IMG/VR virus record: IMGVR_UViG_3300035438_000341
Span: 32,047-96,046 of that record
Length of the DNA: 64,000 nucleotides
Direction: 5' to 3' (one strand)
Source: a virus
Every line of letters starts with the position of its first letter. Position 1 is the first letter of the stretch. The position numbers and the translations under genes were made by a program. Shown here in pieces: positions 10,024 through 24,600 of the stretch. The notes below the pieces were generated by a model that saw nothing but the letters and a program-made list of their open reading frames with translations, searched no databases and was not told the DNA's origin.

Positions 10024-12639
10024 ATGGCTTCATACACAGACATCACCCCCACTTTCAATCCCTACGTTAAGCAATTGCCTGTTGAGGCAATGGCTGAAGT
10101 GGGTATGTACAAACAACAAAAGTATGATGAGGGTATACAGAAAATACAAACTAACATTGATAACATTGCTGGACTTGATGTTCTTAGAGATGTAGATAAA
10201 GCATATCTACAATCTAAACTCAATCAACTAGGTAATAACCTCAGTACAGTTGCAGCTGGAGATTTCTCTAATTTCCAATTGGTTAATTCTGTTAATGGAA
10301 TGACCAATCAAATATCCAAAGACCCTAATGTACTAAATGCAATAGCATCTTCTAAGACTTATAGAAAAGGATTAGAAGAGATGGCTGCTGCTAATAAAGA
10401 TGGTAAAGGATCTGCTTCTCACGATTGGTTATTCAAAACTGATGCTAACGATTGGTTAACTAGTGGAGATTTAAATAAATCATTTACTGGTGGGTATAAG
10501 CAATACAGTAATTATAAAAAGAATGGAATAGAAGTTATCAAAGCATTAGTTAAAAATGAAACTACTAAAGATGTAGCAATTGAGTATGACAAGAATGGTA
10601 ATGTGATTGTATTAGATGCAATGACACGTACAAAGATTGCAGGAATAACACCTGAAAGAATACAAGCAGCTTTGATGGTGGGTCTTAGTCCTAATGATTT
10701 TCAATCAATGCAAATTGATGGTAGATATAATTATTCAAATTCTACACCTGAACAATTTGTTTCTGATATCAATAAATCATATAAGACAGATTATGATAAG
10801 ATAAAGATGCAAAGAGACATGACAGTTAATGCCATGGATACAACTAGTTCAGCATCTACTAAAATGGAATTACAAAAACAAGTTGACTCATTTGACAAAA
10901 CATTAAAAAATTTATCAGATGAATATGGAAATGTTACTAAAACATTTGCTCAAGGTGATGTAGAATCCGCTAAGGCAAGACTTCACACTACTAAATGGAT
11001 TAGTAATTTTTCTAATACATTTGCTAGCCAAGATGTATCTCAAACATATGAGTCTAGTCCATTTCAACAAGTTAAGCAATATAAGGAAACTAAAGAAATT
11101 GAATATAGAAAATGGTTAGCTACATATAATCAAACACAACAGTTTCATCAGGATGATATTTATTTTAAAAAGAGAGATGATGCTAGAGCTGAACGTAAAG
11201 AAGTAAGAGAAGAAAAGTTAGCAGGTCTTCAAAGTGGATATGGAGGAGTTCCTTTCTCTGTTGATCAAAAAGAACTTCCTACGGTTACTCTTGATAAAAT
11301 TAATGATAAAATAAAAAATGATAATAAAGCTATAGCCAATAGTGAAAATGAAATAATGGAAGCCTTTGATAAAAAGGGAGATACATTATGGTTAGATCAA
11401 CAACGAGTGGCATGGCAAAGCGGTAAGTATGTAGATCCTTTATTGAGATCACATTTTAATACAACAGAACCTTTGAAAAGAGATGCATTTGCTAATATTG
11501 GAATGATTACAGATATAAATAATAAACTAGATAGTAAATTTGGAAAAATAGAAGATTATATCCCTGCTGGTTCTAAATCTGTTACAGTTAGTTTTCCTGG
11601 TGGAGCATACAAATATTCTCCTAAAGATTTTGTTGAATTTAATAATAAAGTGAACAACTATATAATAAGGGGTAGTGGTGATGGTAGATCTACAGGAGGT
11701 GGTGGTGCCCCTGGAACACAAAGTTCAGGAGCAATGTATGATAATGCAAGAGCTAAAAAAGAACTTTCTGATAAAGAATATTATTTATTTCTAGCAAAAA
11801 CTCAACCCTATTCAAATAATGCTGGATTTAAAACACTTAATCAATATTCAAATGAATATTTTAAAAATGTAAACTTTCCATATCAAAAAGTTTTAGTAGA
11901 AAGAAACAAAGAAACTGCTCAAATGGTTAAAGATAGAGTGGTAGCAATGCAGGGTAATGAGTATGGTATTCCTTTAGATAATGAAGCACAGAAAACTAGC
12001 TTTGGAAATGCTCTTATGAGTTTTGCTAATCTTGCTGATAAACAAGATGGAGGATTACCTAACTCTCCAGGTCTTGATACAAAAGCATTAAGAGCTATTG
12101 CAGGAGATCTTCAAAATGCAACAATACAAATTGTTGAAGGAACTGCATATGCTCCTGGAATGTATCAAGTTACAGCAGCAGGAAAAGATGGTACACCTCA
12201 AACATTTAGAGTTCCTACAGAAGCATACAGATCTGTATTTGGTAATAGATTTGAAGCTGATCCACAGATAGCAGCAATTAGACCTTTGCAATCACAACAA
12301 ATAAGAGCAGGTGGTGGTACAACAGCAATTGATGGTGGAAAAACAAATATAAGTAATTCTTATATGGGAAAAGCTACAGATTTTGTAAATGTAAGACATT
12401 ATGGAGTTTCAGGAAACTTAGTTACAAGTCAAGATGGTCTAAACTCAATTAGACTTAATATAACAGATCCTAAGACTAACAAAGTGTTAATTCAAGATCT
12501 TGCATATCCAGATTTTAATATACCAGCTAATCAAGTAAACAATGCAGTGCTAGGATTGACTGATGAAAGAATATTTGAGTTATTAAATAATAGAAAGCCT
12601 TCAGCTTCAGAATTAAAAACATTAAGACAAAAACCATAA
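10024..12639 (+). CDS. Virion cargo/ejection protein
   Basis: 871 aa, largely helical with coiled coils; FNPYVKQLP N-terminus; immediately upstream of the vRNAP polyprotein. Confidence 0.6.
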   Translation: MASYTDITPTFNPYVKQLPVEAMAEVGMYKQQKYDEGIQKIQTNIDNIAGLDVLRDVDKAYLQSKLNQLGNNLSTVAAGDFSNFQLVNSVNGMTNQISKDPNVLNAIASSKTYRKGLEEMAAANKDGKGSASHDWLFKTDANDWLTSGDLNKSFTGGYKQYSNYKKNGIEVIKALVKNETTKDVAIEYDKNGNVIVLDAMTRTKIAGITPERIQAALMVGLSPNDFQSMQIDGRYNYSNSTPEQFVSDINKSYKTDYDKIKMQRDMTVNAMDTTSSASTKMELQKQVDSFDKTLKNLSDEYGNVTKTFAQGDVESAKARLHTTKWISNFSNTFASQDVSQTYESSPFQQVKQYKETKEIEYRKWLATYNQTQQFHQDDIYFKKRDDARAERKEVREEKLAGLQSGYGGVPFSVDQKELPTVTLDKINDKIKNDNKAIANSENEIMEAFDKKGDTLWLDQQRVAWQSGKYVDPLLRSHFNTTEPLKRDAFANIGMITDINNKLDSKFGKIEDYIPAGSKSVTVSFPGGAYKYSPKDFVEFNNKVNNYIIRGSGDGRSTGGGGAPGTQSSGAMYDNARAKKELSDKEYYLFLAKTQPYSNNAGFKTLNQYSNEYFKNVNFPYQKVLVERNKETAQMVKDRVVAMQGNEYGIPLDNEAQKTSFGNALMSFANLADKQDGGLPNSPGLDTKALRAIAGDLQNATIQIVEGTAYAPGMYQVTAAGKDGTPQTFRVPTEAYRSVFGNRFEADPQIAAIRPLQSQQIRAGGGTTAIDGGKTNISNSYMGKATDFVNVRHYGVSGNLVTSQDGLNSIRLNITDPKTNKVLIQDLAYPDFNIPANQVNNAVLGLTDERIFELLNNRKPSASELKTLRQKP

Positions 12640-12641
12640 CA

Positions 12642-15600
12642 ATGGCAGAAAATAATCTAGAATCAATTGATAAAGCACAAAATGGTGCAGCAGCAGTAAA
12701 TCCTGTTCCTACACAATTAAATGTAGAAACACCAATGTTAGATAGACTTGATCTTGAAAATCAATTTGGTGGATATACAGCTCCTGGTATTCCAGAACCT
12801 TTGCCTACATATGCAAGTCCAGATAATGTTTATCCTGATGCAGTACCCTTAACAAGTAATCTTGGTGGAGGTGGTGATGATGGTTCTTTGGAATCACTTT
12901 ATTCTTCATTGCGTACACCTACTTCTACTAAACCAGGAGGAAGTATAATGAGAACTCTTTCTGAAGTGTCATCTAACAGATATGATAACTTTGTTCCTGG
13001 AGATTATAATAACGAAGATGCTTATGCTCAAAATCAATCTTGGACATCTAAAATGATCAATGGTGTAGGTAAAGGACTTTTACTTACAGGTACAACATTT
13101 CTACAAGGTACTGTAGGTATGGTTAATGGATTGGTTCAATGGGGAAAGGATGGGAGATTTGCTTCTTTTTATGATAATGATTTTAATAGAAACTTAGATG
13201 AAGTAATAAGAAAAGCTGAAGATGTTGCTCCTAATTTTTATACTGATGTAGAAAAAAATGCTAGTTGGTATTCTCCTGATTATTTTTTAACAGGAAACTT
13301 TTTATGGGATGGTGTTGTTAAGAACATGGGATTTGCTGCTGGAGCTTATTTAACTGGTGGAGTTTATTCTGCTGGATTAAAAGGACTCGCTGCACTTCCA
13401 GGTGCATCTAGACTATTATCTATGGGTAAAGTTGCTGAAGCAGTTGCTAAGTCAGAAGAGATGTTATTAAAACTTGATAAAGGAACAGAGGCTTATGGAA
13501 AAATAAAAGCATTGTCTGATTCCTATTTAAGAACATATAATATTTTAGATAAAGGACATAGAGCTGTTGTTGCAGGATTGTCTACTAGTGGGGAAGCTGG
13601 ATTTGAAGCATTTCAAAATCTTAATACTTTTAGAAATCAAAAAATACAAGAGTTTAAAGATAAAAATAATGGACTAGAACCAAAAGGTGCTGATCTTGAT
13701 AACATTAATAGATCTGCTGATAGTGTAGGTAATGCTTCTTTCTTAGGGAATGTTGCTTTACTTAGTGCTACTAACTATATTCAATTTCCTAAAATACTAG
13801 GAAGTTCTTATAAAGCAGAAAAGGGAATTATAAATAATGTTACTAGAGGGATTGGAGATATAACTACAGATGCTGCAGGTAAGTTTGTTGCAAAAACTCC
13901 TAAGAATAAAGTATTAAACACTATAAATAAAATAAGACCTTATACTTTTTCTGCCTCAGAAGGGTTTGAAGAAGGTGCTCAGTTTTCTATAGGTGTTGGT
14001 GTAAATGATTATTATAATAAAAAATATAATAATGAACCTACTAGTTGGTTAGATGCTTTATCAACAGGAATTACTGAAGGATTTTTATCAGATGAAGGAG
14101 CTAAAAATGTTTTAATAGGAGGATTGTCTGGTGCAATAATGATGGGAAAAAGTAAATTCCAAGAAGGAAGAGAAACATCAAAAAATACAGCAGAAGCAAT
14201 AACACAATTCAATAACTATCAATTATCTGATTTTACTAAAGAAACAAAAGACTCTGTAAATAGAGGAACTGTTCTTCAAGAAGAAAGAGAGCAGTTATTA
14301 AAAGAAGGAAACATAACAGAAAGTAAAGATAAAGAAACTGATTACATTATTAATTATCTCACTCCTAGAATTAAATTTGGAAGATTTGATTTAGTAAAAG
14401 CTGAGATAGATGATTACAGAACTCTTGCTAGTACTAATGATGGGTTTAATGAATTAGTAAAAGAAGAAAAAGCTCTTCCTACAGATACTAGAGAAGCATT
14501 CTTGGATAGACTTAATAAATTTGAACAGACAGCAAATAATGTAAAATCTTTATATCAAACTTTAAACTTACGTTATAGTGGCTTAGCAAATGCAGATGGA
14601 ACTCCTATGTACCCTACTTCTGTAATAGATAAAATGTTATATGCCACTACTAAAATTTCAGACTATGAACAAAGAATTCCAGAATTAACAAGTCAGTTAA
14701 TAGGAAGTGTAGATAATATAGATGAAATTTTACAAGATGTTTCTGAGGGTAAATTAGATACGTTTAATACAGCTGTTGCTAATCTTCAAGCAAGTAAACT
14801 TATTAATAAAGAAGAACTTATTGAAGCATTAGATGATGCTGCTTTTATGACTGCTAAAAGAGATGTATTATTAAAGCAATATGATGGTTTAAAAAATAAC
14901 CCAGAAAAGTATGTAGCAGTTGAACCAACTATAACTGATAGTGAAGGTAATGTATTAGATGAAAATGGAAACATTGTTCCTAAAGAAACTGTTATAGTTA
15001 AAGTTAAAGATGGTAAAACAGGACAAGTAGTAGATAAGAAAATTGAAATAGGTACTGAGTATGTACTTGGTAAAATAGTTAAATACGATAAAGATGGTAA
15101 TGAAGTTATTCAAGCTCCAACATTAAGTATATTAGCTGATAATGGTGATGGTACATTTAAAATTAAAGATAAGAATGGAATAAGAAATGTTTCTGCGGAA
15201 ACATTAGAAGGATATCAATTATCTAAACTTTCTGACATTACAAAAGATAAGAAGAAGAACTATGCATACATTAATAGAAATAACACTTTCTCAAATAAAT
15301 TAATAAAAGATGCTAATGGTAATCCTGTTATAGGAAGATTAGAATACTCTGCTAATAAAGACAGACTTACATTTGTATACAAGAATGAGAAAGGACAAGT
15401 TATAAGAAGTGAGGTTTGGAACAATATGTTCAAAGCTCAAGGTACATACAAAGAGGCTATTATTACACAAGTGGGAGAAGTGACTGCTGAAGCTGCACAA
15501 GCTACAGAGGAATTTGTAAATGCTGTAACCACTATATCACAAAAACTGCAAACACGTAACAATATTATACTAGACTTGTATGATAAAAGTGTTAAGCGTC

Positions 15601-18600
15601 TAGATGAGATAACTAAAAAATTAAACACTAGTAAAGAAAGAACAGCTAAAGCTCTTGAAGCATTAGAAGATCAACTTGCAAAAGAGAGCCTTACTAAGAA
15701 AGGAACTCCTAGAAAGAATCAAACTCCTGCAATGAAGAAGATAATCAATGAACTATCTTCTATACAAGCTACATTAAATAAAGAGAATGAACAACTATTA
15801 AGTGAGAAAGAAGAATTAGAATCTAACATACCTTTCTTTAAAGACTTCTTAGATAATCTTGAGTCTCTTCCTGAATCAGGTAGAGAGATGATTAAGTTAT
15901 TAAAAGATGATATTAACACTCTTGAGGACTTAATTGATATAACTAATCAAGCTATTAAAGATAATAGTAGTCTATTGAAACAAATAGAAGATGCATTTCT
16001 AAAAGCTGTTTCTATATTTAATGATTATATCAAAAGACTTCAACAAGAAAATCCAGGTGTACCATTATTTATAGATGACTTACAAGCTAATCTAGAAAGA
16101 GCATTAGGAGATGAAGGTGCACAATACTATATTAATAATAAACAGGGCATCACTACTCAAGTATTAGAACTAGAATCTGATATAAATGATTTCTCAGCTG
16201 AGTTAAAAATACCTGCATTAAATAAAAAAGCAGAAGAGCTCGTTAAAGATATAGCAGATTTAAAAGAAGGCTTAGATAAACTTATCAATGAACAAATTGC
16301 TAAGAGAGAAATATTAAATGCGTTTGAACAATTTGCAGAAGATGTAAAGAAACAAGAAGAAGAAGCTGCACAAATGCAACGTAATGTTACATTAGGACAA
16401 GAGCTTCTTGGTACATTAACAGGAAGTGTACAAAACTTCTTTGGTACAAAACCATATGAGCAAGAAGCTAAAAAAGATAAACTTACTGTTGTAGGAGCTA
16501 CTAAACCATTCACAGGAGATACTGTTGAAAGACCTCTTCCAGGATATGCTGCAAGAGTTAATCACTTTGGGACAAGAGTTTCTGATATGGATAATGTAGA
16601 TGATCTTAGAGGTGTTATTGTAACAGCTAATACAGAAGATCAAATACTTTCTGGATTAACAGAAGCGTTTCTTTCTGAAGATATAACAGATGCAAAAAGA
16701 AAAGAAGAAGTCAGAAAAGAAGTTATATTCTTAGTTGTAACAGAGAATGGACAACTTGTAGATAAGGATGGGAAACTTATTCCTGGAAAATCTGCAGATG
16801 AAACACAAGAAGCTTACAACAAAAGACTTTATGACAATGCTATATTCCAAGTGTTTCCTTCTGCTTCATTAGCTTATACAAAAGGAGATGTTGAAACAGG
16901 ATCAATGTTTAGAGACACTGTTCCTGAATATGAAAGAGAAAGTCTTAAAGAGCAATATAAAGCATGGAGAGATGGACAATTATCAAATACAACATTAGAT
17001 AAGAAAGGACAAAAGTTTAAAACATCTTTTGGTAATCTAGAGTTTGTTAAATATAAAAATGCAGATGGCACAACATCTGTAGATACTTCTGCAAGAACTT
17101 CTGCACAAGATGCTGGATTATTAGCTAAAGGTATACTTAATAGAGATGCTGTCATCACTGTTGCTACAACTAATGATGATAAGTCTGAAGGAAGTGTTTC
17201 TTTCAAGAGTCCTAAAGGTAGAGTGTTCTTACGTATACCAGGGCAAGGACTTGTTAGACTTTATAATAAAAAGTTTAATAAAACAGAATCAGAAACAATA
17301 TTTGATGCTATGTTAAACTTAGCTAAAAATGCTTCTGCGAATGGTTCATTATTCGGTAATGAAAAAGAAGAAGTTAATAAGAATATTTTAAACTGGTTAA
17401 AGAGCGTTGTATATTGGGGAATTGCAAAAGATAAAGAAGGAAACAGAAAACCTGCTGGATATAATAACATTTGGTTTGAAGATGTTATGGAAGATGGTAA
17501 ACAAGTTAAGAAGTTGTTTATGTCTGGTCTTCAAAAAGAATCTCAAAGATATTTTGACTTTACACCACAAGGACTTATAAATAGTAAACAAGATATTCTT
17601 GGATTGCTAGGACAAATGTATGCTAATACAGATGCTAAAAAAGTAAATATAGATACATACAATGCTCCCTACGATGAGATACTAAGTTTTGATAACCTAG
17701 GACTCCCTGTTACAAGAACATGGCCTAATTATCAAACATATTTATTGTCTGCAAACATTGTAGATAAAGATGGAAATGTTATAGGTAAAAGAACTGGAAA
17801 AGAAATTCCTCTTACAACACAAGTAAGACCTCTTACATCTGCAGAAGATACAAATAGAAAGGGTGTGTATTTCACATTGAATAGTTCAGTAGAATACACT
17901 GTACCTGCAGCTCCTATAGTTAAACCTGCAGTGGTGGTTACACCAGCACCAGTTGCTGCTACACCAACTGCTCAAGCTCCTGTAGCTCCCACAGCTTCAC
18001 CAGTAGTTCCACAACAACAACCTACACCTCCTGGACAATATAATTTAAATGGAGAAGCAGAAAATAGTAGAATGTTTGGTAATGGTGTAGGAGAAATAAG
18101 ATTTACATTCAATTCAGCAAAAGCAATTGAGTATATAAAATCTCTTTCTATAGATATATTTTCTATTCAAGGATTACTTCCTGCTGAAATATCTACAGCA
18201 TTTTTTAAGAATGACATCATGAATATAAATTCAGATGATGTAAAAATGAAAATTGGTCAGATAAAGGAAAACTTAAGAGATACTAACCCTGATGCAACTG
18301 ATGAAGAACTAACAGGTAAAGCTCTTAATATTGCTGTTAGTATGATATGGAAAGATGTTGCTCCACAAGTTGTAGGAGAAATGACTCCTGTTCAACCAGC
18401 AATAGCTGATGAAGCTCCAACATCTTTAGTAACAAGAATAAATGACACTATAACAAAAATATTTGAGTATGAATCATTATTTGATTTTAGTACAGATCAA
18501 CCAGGTAAAGTTGTTAAAGGAGAATTTATTCCTGATAATTTAGGATCTCAAATATTTGAAGCACTTAATAAATCCATTAAAGGAGAATTAGTAAAAACAG

Positions 18601-21600
18601 ACAAGGTAGAAGCACAAAAGTTATTTAAAGAATATGCTAAAGAAGTTCATCCAGATAAAAATACACAATCTAGTGAACGTCAAACTATAGCAGAAGCATT
18701 TTTTAAAGCAATGTCTGTTGCTAAAGAACAAGGTAGAGTAGATATATTAAATGAGTTAAAAGATAAATTTGATTTAGAAATAGCAGAAGTAACCACTGTA
18801 GTAAAAACTCCAATAGAAGAAGAAGAAGTAGTTACTCCTGAAAAAGTAGTTCCTGCAACTACACTTCCTGAAGGATTTATCAATCTAGATGATATAGAAG
18901 ATGTAGATGTTGATAGAAGTGAAATGAGAGTTGCACAAGCTATTGACAAACTAGATCAATTTAAAGCAGAGAACTGGAAGAAATTAGAAGAAGATTACAA
19001 TAAAATGCTTCCTAATGTTCCTTTATATAGAGTGAAGAACCTGATCAAAGGTACTAATGGTAGACAGCTTTGGGGTATGTTCCATGATGCTGCTGTATAT
19101 GTATATGAGAACGCAGAAGAGGGAACAGCTTACCATGAGGTGTTTGAAGCTGTATGGAAAATGTTTGCTGGACCAGCTCAGAAACAAGCTATTATTAATG
19201 AGTTCAAATCAAGAACAGGATCTTTTACTGATAGAGAAACTAGAAAGTCTGTAGAATATAAAAACGCCACTGCTTATCAAATCAAAGAACAATTAGCTGA
19301 AGAGTTTAGAGAAGCAGTTCTTTTTGATAAGTTAGGTAAACCATTAGAATCAAAAAGTTTAATAAGCAGATTGTTCTCTCAATTGATTGACGCTATTAAA
19401 GCTTTCTTTGTAGGACCTAGAGCTCAAATTAATACAAGAGAATTATTCAATAGAATTGGTAATGGATACTATGCTCAATTCAATCCATATGAAACACAAC
19501 TATCATATGCTAAGAAGGGTGTGATAGATATTGAAAATGCTCAAGCTAATCAAACTTCAGAAGGAAGATCAACAACAATCCCTGAGATTGAAATGCATGA
19601 CATTATTCAGCATATGACATTCTTGACATTGACTAAACTTTCATTAAACAATGAGAGTGTATTTACTGTTAATGATCAAAAAGAATCAGAATTATACCCA
19701 GCTCTTAAACTTGGTATATTAAAACTTCTTGCAGGACAAAAGAAATTAAATGATATATTAGTTACTGAAGGTAAGTCAACTTTAGAGAAAGTGACTAGAA
19801 TGAATAACAATCTTGATACACTATCATATAACATTCAAATGGAATGGGCTGAAATTACTGCCAATCATAAAGCACATTTGAAAACGTTTGATGTTCAGTT
19901 TGATGAGAATGATGAAGGTATATTAAACAGTGAAGAAAATACTGGTAGAGGAGAATTAGAAGCATCTAATAAAATTGATTCATATAGAAAAGCTAATGCT
20001 GCTTTGAAACTTGTATTGAGCACTATTCCTGTTACAGAAATGACAGGTGGTAAAATAGATTGGCTTCCTTCTTCTATAGGAGGAGTTACACTTATTCCTG
20101 CAGATCAGATACACATTGATTTAAAAAGTAAGTTACATAGTTCTATGGATATAGAAGATATGTTACTAGGTCTTAAAACAATGGCAGAGAATAATCCTAA
20201 TTACAATGCTTTATTTAGACGCTTAACTGGTAACTCTGCTAATCAAGGATTAGATATAACTACTATTCAAGAACATGACTTCCAATTAGCAGCAGCATTA
20301 TGGAAATCTATCAGTATGCAAAATCCTGATGTTATCACTGTGTTCCTTCAAGAAGATGGTGATGTAGTTGTAAGTAACTCTACACTTAGTAGTGCAGCTA
20401 AGCAAGCTAAAAAAGGGATGATTAATGATATAATATCTACATTAAAAGCAGATCAATCTAAGTATTTTAGATATGTACCAGCTACAGGTAGATACTATGC
20501 TAAAGATAATTTGAAAGCTTTAGAATTTGATGGTAGCGGTCTAAAGCAATATGTTGATTTTCTTAATTCAATTGGAATAGAATTTAATGAAAGAGACCTA
20601 GTAGATTTAAAAGCAGATCAACTTTCTGTATTTAAAAAATCAGTTGGATATATTAGAGAAGAACTTGCTAAGGTGGGAGATACAAAAATAGTAAAAGATG
20701 CAAATAATAATGATGTAGAAGAAGATGGTGGTATACGAAGTATCAGTACTAAAACATTAAATATTGATGGTAACTTATTTGAGTTAGCTATTGTAAAAGC
20801 TGTTATTGAAAATACAGAGTTTCAGTCTACATATTTTAACATTAATGGAGAGCGTACACAATCATTCATTGGTACCAATCTTATTAGTGCTTTACACAAC
20901 ACACTATCTAAACTAAAAAATATAGAGGATCTACAAAACGATCCTAGACATAAAAGATTTGCTTACTTAGCAGCAGGCAATGATGTATTTGTACAAGGAA
21001 GTCAAATGTTGAAAAAGATGTTTGATATAGTTGGAACAGATAGTACAGGAAAACGTAGAGCTGGTACAGAAGATATTGGAAAACCTGTTATTGTAGATGG
21101 TATAGTAGATGAAGAAACTGGTAAGAAAAAAGAAGCTTCTAAAGTTTCATACAGACAAAGACTTATACAGGAGTTAAATCTTAACCTATCTGGTATATTC
21201 ATGAACCTTGTTCCTGGAGATGCTTCATTGGAACATGCTATTAGAATGTACAATGCAAAAGATCCGTTTGTTTCAGAAGATCAATTACTCAACAAAGGCT
21301 ACTTAGATATATTCAAAGACTATTTCATGTCTGAAGTGGAACTAGTTAAAGAAAATAGAAATACAGCAAAAGATAATGGAAAAGATCTTCGTTTCTTTAA
21401 AGCTATTCTAGGAGATGAGGCACATAAAAAAATTGCTTCTAGAATTAAAAAAGACACTGATGCTGAACAATTATATCAAGATAATAAAGAAGCTATAAAT
21501 TCTGCAGTGGAGGCATTCATTAAACAAGAAACAGAAGATACAGAAGACTTATTAAGATCATATGATATTGTAACAACAGAAGATGGACAAGTTAGTGTAG

Positions 21601-24600
21601 ATAAGGTGAGCTTATTTAAAAAAGGAGAAGCAGTTACACAAGCTGGTTTAAATACAAAATTAAAAGCATTAAGTATTAACTACATGATAGCTAATATTGA
21701 AATGCACAAAATTTTGTATTCAGATCCTTACCAATATAATGATGAGCTTAAACGTATCAAAAACTTTACATCTCCTGGACAACCATTAGTTCCTAGTTCT
21801 CAAAAGATAGATGCTAGACTTAATGAAATTTATAACAAAGGATTTGAACCTGATGATATTGGTTATATAGATATGACTCAAGATCATTTTAAATCTGTAA
21901 CACTTGCGGATGTATTAAGTACTAATAAGAATTTAGGATATGATGTTCCTTATGAGGAAACAGATGGTGGAGGATTAATTACACTTAAAGCAACTAAAGT
22001 ATTTAAACTTAGAGCTGGTACATGGACTTCTAATAATGAAAAACAATATAGATTTGATATAGCGTTTGAAGAATTATTTAAATCAGGTGCTAGTGAAGAA
22101 ACACTTAAGAAATTCTTAAAAGGTAATCCAGGTATTAAAGATACATACACACCTGTTAAACCTATTGTTAGAGGTAATAAAGACAATGGTAGAACTTATA
22201 ATGATATTGTTCTTCACAAATTTGCACTTGCTCCTATATCATTTAGAATTCTTTATGAAATGAATCCTGATTCTAATGCAATCAAATTGTATAACAAGAT
22301 GCAAGCAGAGAATATAGATTATGCTGTGTTTGCTTCTGGTAGTAAAGTGGGAACAGAAAAGATATCTCCTTTATATAATGCAAAAGGTGAGTTTGACAAT
22401 ACACCATTTCAAGATGCCAAAGAGAAAAAAGGTAATTTAGCTGACAATGTTAAGAGAGCAGTAACTAATATACCATTCACTATTGTAGCTGTACAATCAG
22501 AAGTTCCTTCTAAAGATGTTCCATCTGTTACACAGGGATCTCAGATTACTAAACTTGCTACAATGGATTATTTAGAATCTGGTGTACCTGTAGATTTTAT
22601 GGCTGGTAAAGAATTTGAAGATAGATTTCTTGCATGGTTAGATCTTGATGATAAATCAAGTTATAACAATGGTACAAACATCTATAATGAAATTGTAAAC
22701 AATCAAAAACTTTTAGAAGCTAGAATCGAAGATGCTGTAGAGTCTTTATACAAAAAACTTGGTATCAAAGAAACTGTAAATGAAGAAGGAAATAGAGAGT
22801 GGAGAATAGAAGACAGAGATAAATTAGTTAAAACTCTAACTGAAGAGATTGGTAAAAGAGAAATCAATTACAACATTACAGATGCATTTGAAGGATTTGT
22901 CAAAGGAGATGTTATATTAGAAGCTACTCCTATATACCAACAAGTTAGAAACATTCTTTATTCTATAGCTGATAAAACTATTGTACGTCCTAAAATATCA
23001 GGAGGTATGAAGGTGCAAGTTTCTTCTGCATTATTAGAATCTGTAAGAGCAGAAGGAAAACCTGTATTAGATGATAAAGGTAAGCCAACATTTAATAAAG
23101 ATGGTAGCCCTAAACTTTCATATGAATCTACTGAGTTAGAGTTCTATAAGAATGAAGATGGTAAGAGAGTGTGTGAGATAATGATTGGTAGATGGTTTAA
23201 ATCTAATAAATCAGATGCTGACCTAATGAATTACTTCAATAACACAGATGAAGGTAAGAAAGAACTTGCAGCTATTACAGGTGTAGCATTTCGTATTCCT
23301 ACACAGAAACAAAACTCTATTGATGTATTCAAGATAAAACAATTTCTTCCTAAAGACTTTGGTGATTCAGTGATTATTCCTTCAGCTCTTGTTAAGAAAG
23401 CAGGATCGGATTTTGATATTGATAAATTGTCAATCTATCTAAAAAACTTATTTACAGAAAATTCTGGAAAACTAAAAAGAATTCCTTTTTATGGCACAGG
23501 AGAAAATGCTAAAAAAGAATTTGGAAAATTGTATGATGTTGGATACTTTGATAACTACATCTCACAGATGAAAGATTCACTATCTTTAGAAAGTGCTGAA
23601 GATAGATTAATGGAAAGTATGTTCCCTGAAGAATATTCTTTACAAAGAGAAAATGTTATAGATACTTTATATAAAAAATCTTTAGAGAATGCATATATAC
23701 AATCTTTAGAAAACCTTATATCTCATCCATTAAACTATGACAACTTAGTTAAACCTAATGACGCTAAACCCTTAAGTGATCTATCAGACGCTATTCAAAA
23801 AGAAATGGGTTATGGTAAAGCAGATTTTGGTAATGTAGGTAATATGTTGAGTAGAAGATTTATGTCTAATCTAAGACAATCTTTTGTTGGTGGTAAACAA
23901 GCATTAGGTATTGCTGCTCAAGGACAAGTAGGACATGCTCAAAGACAACGTAGTGTTACATATATAGATGTAGATAGACTAGAAGGAGATTTGGTTGATG
24001 AACAAGATAAAATTATTCTTGGAACTAAATCAGATTCTACTATATTTGCTACAGATACAAACATTAACTTTCAAGAGTACAACTCTGCAGTGATTAATGG
24101 TGTAAAAAGACCAATGCTTTCATGGATTAAAAATAAAGCAGGAGAATACATTTCAGATATTAATGGGATGTTTATTGATGGATATGTGGATATCTCTAAA
24201 GGTGACTGGATTATAAAACTTGGAGCAACTACTAATACAGCTTCTACATGGTTGTTTTTAATTGATCTTGGTGTGCCTATTGACACTGTAGGATATTTCA
24301 TGAATCAACCTATCATTAGAGATTATTTACGTTCTATTGAGAACAAAGGATATTCTTGGTTATACATAGAGGATATGATAGAAGATAAACTTGCAGAATA
24401 TAGTCCTAGTAAAGAGTTTATTAAATCAGGAACATCTGTAAAAGGAATTCCTGCAGAAGCAGATTTATTTAAAATGCTTAAATATAATAATGCAGCTCCT
24501 AAATCAGACATGACAGATATTCAAAAACTTCAACAACAATATATGTTGAAAGAGTTCTTGAAATATGCTAAGATGGCTTCACATATGTTTAATGTATCAC

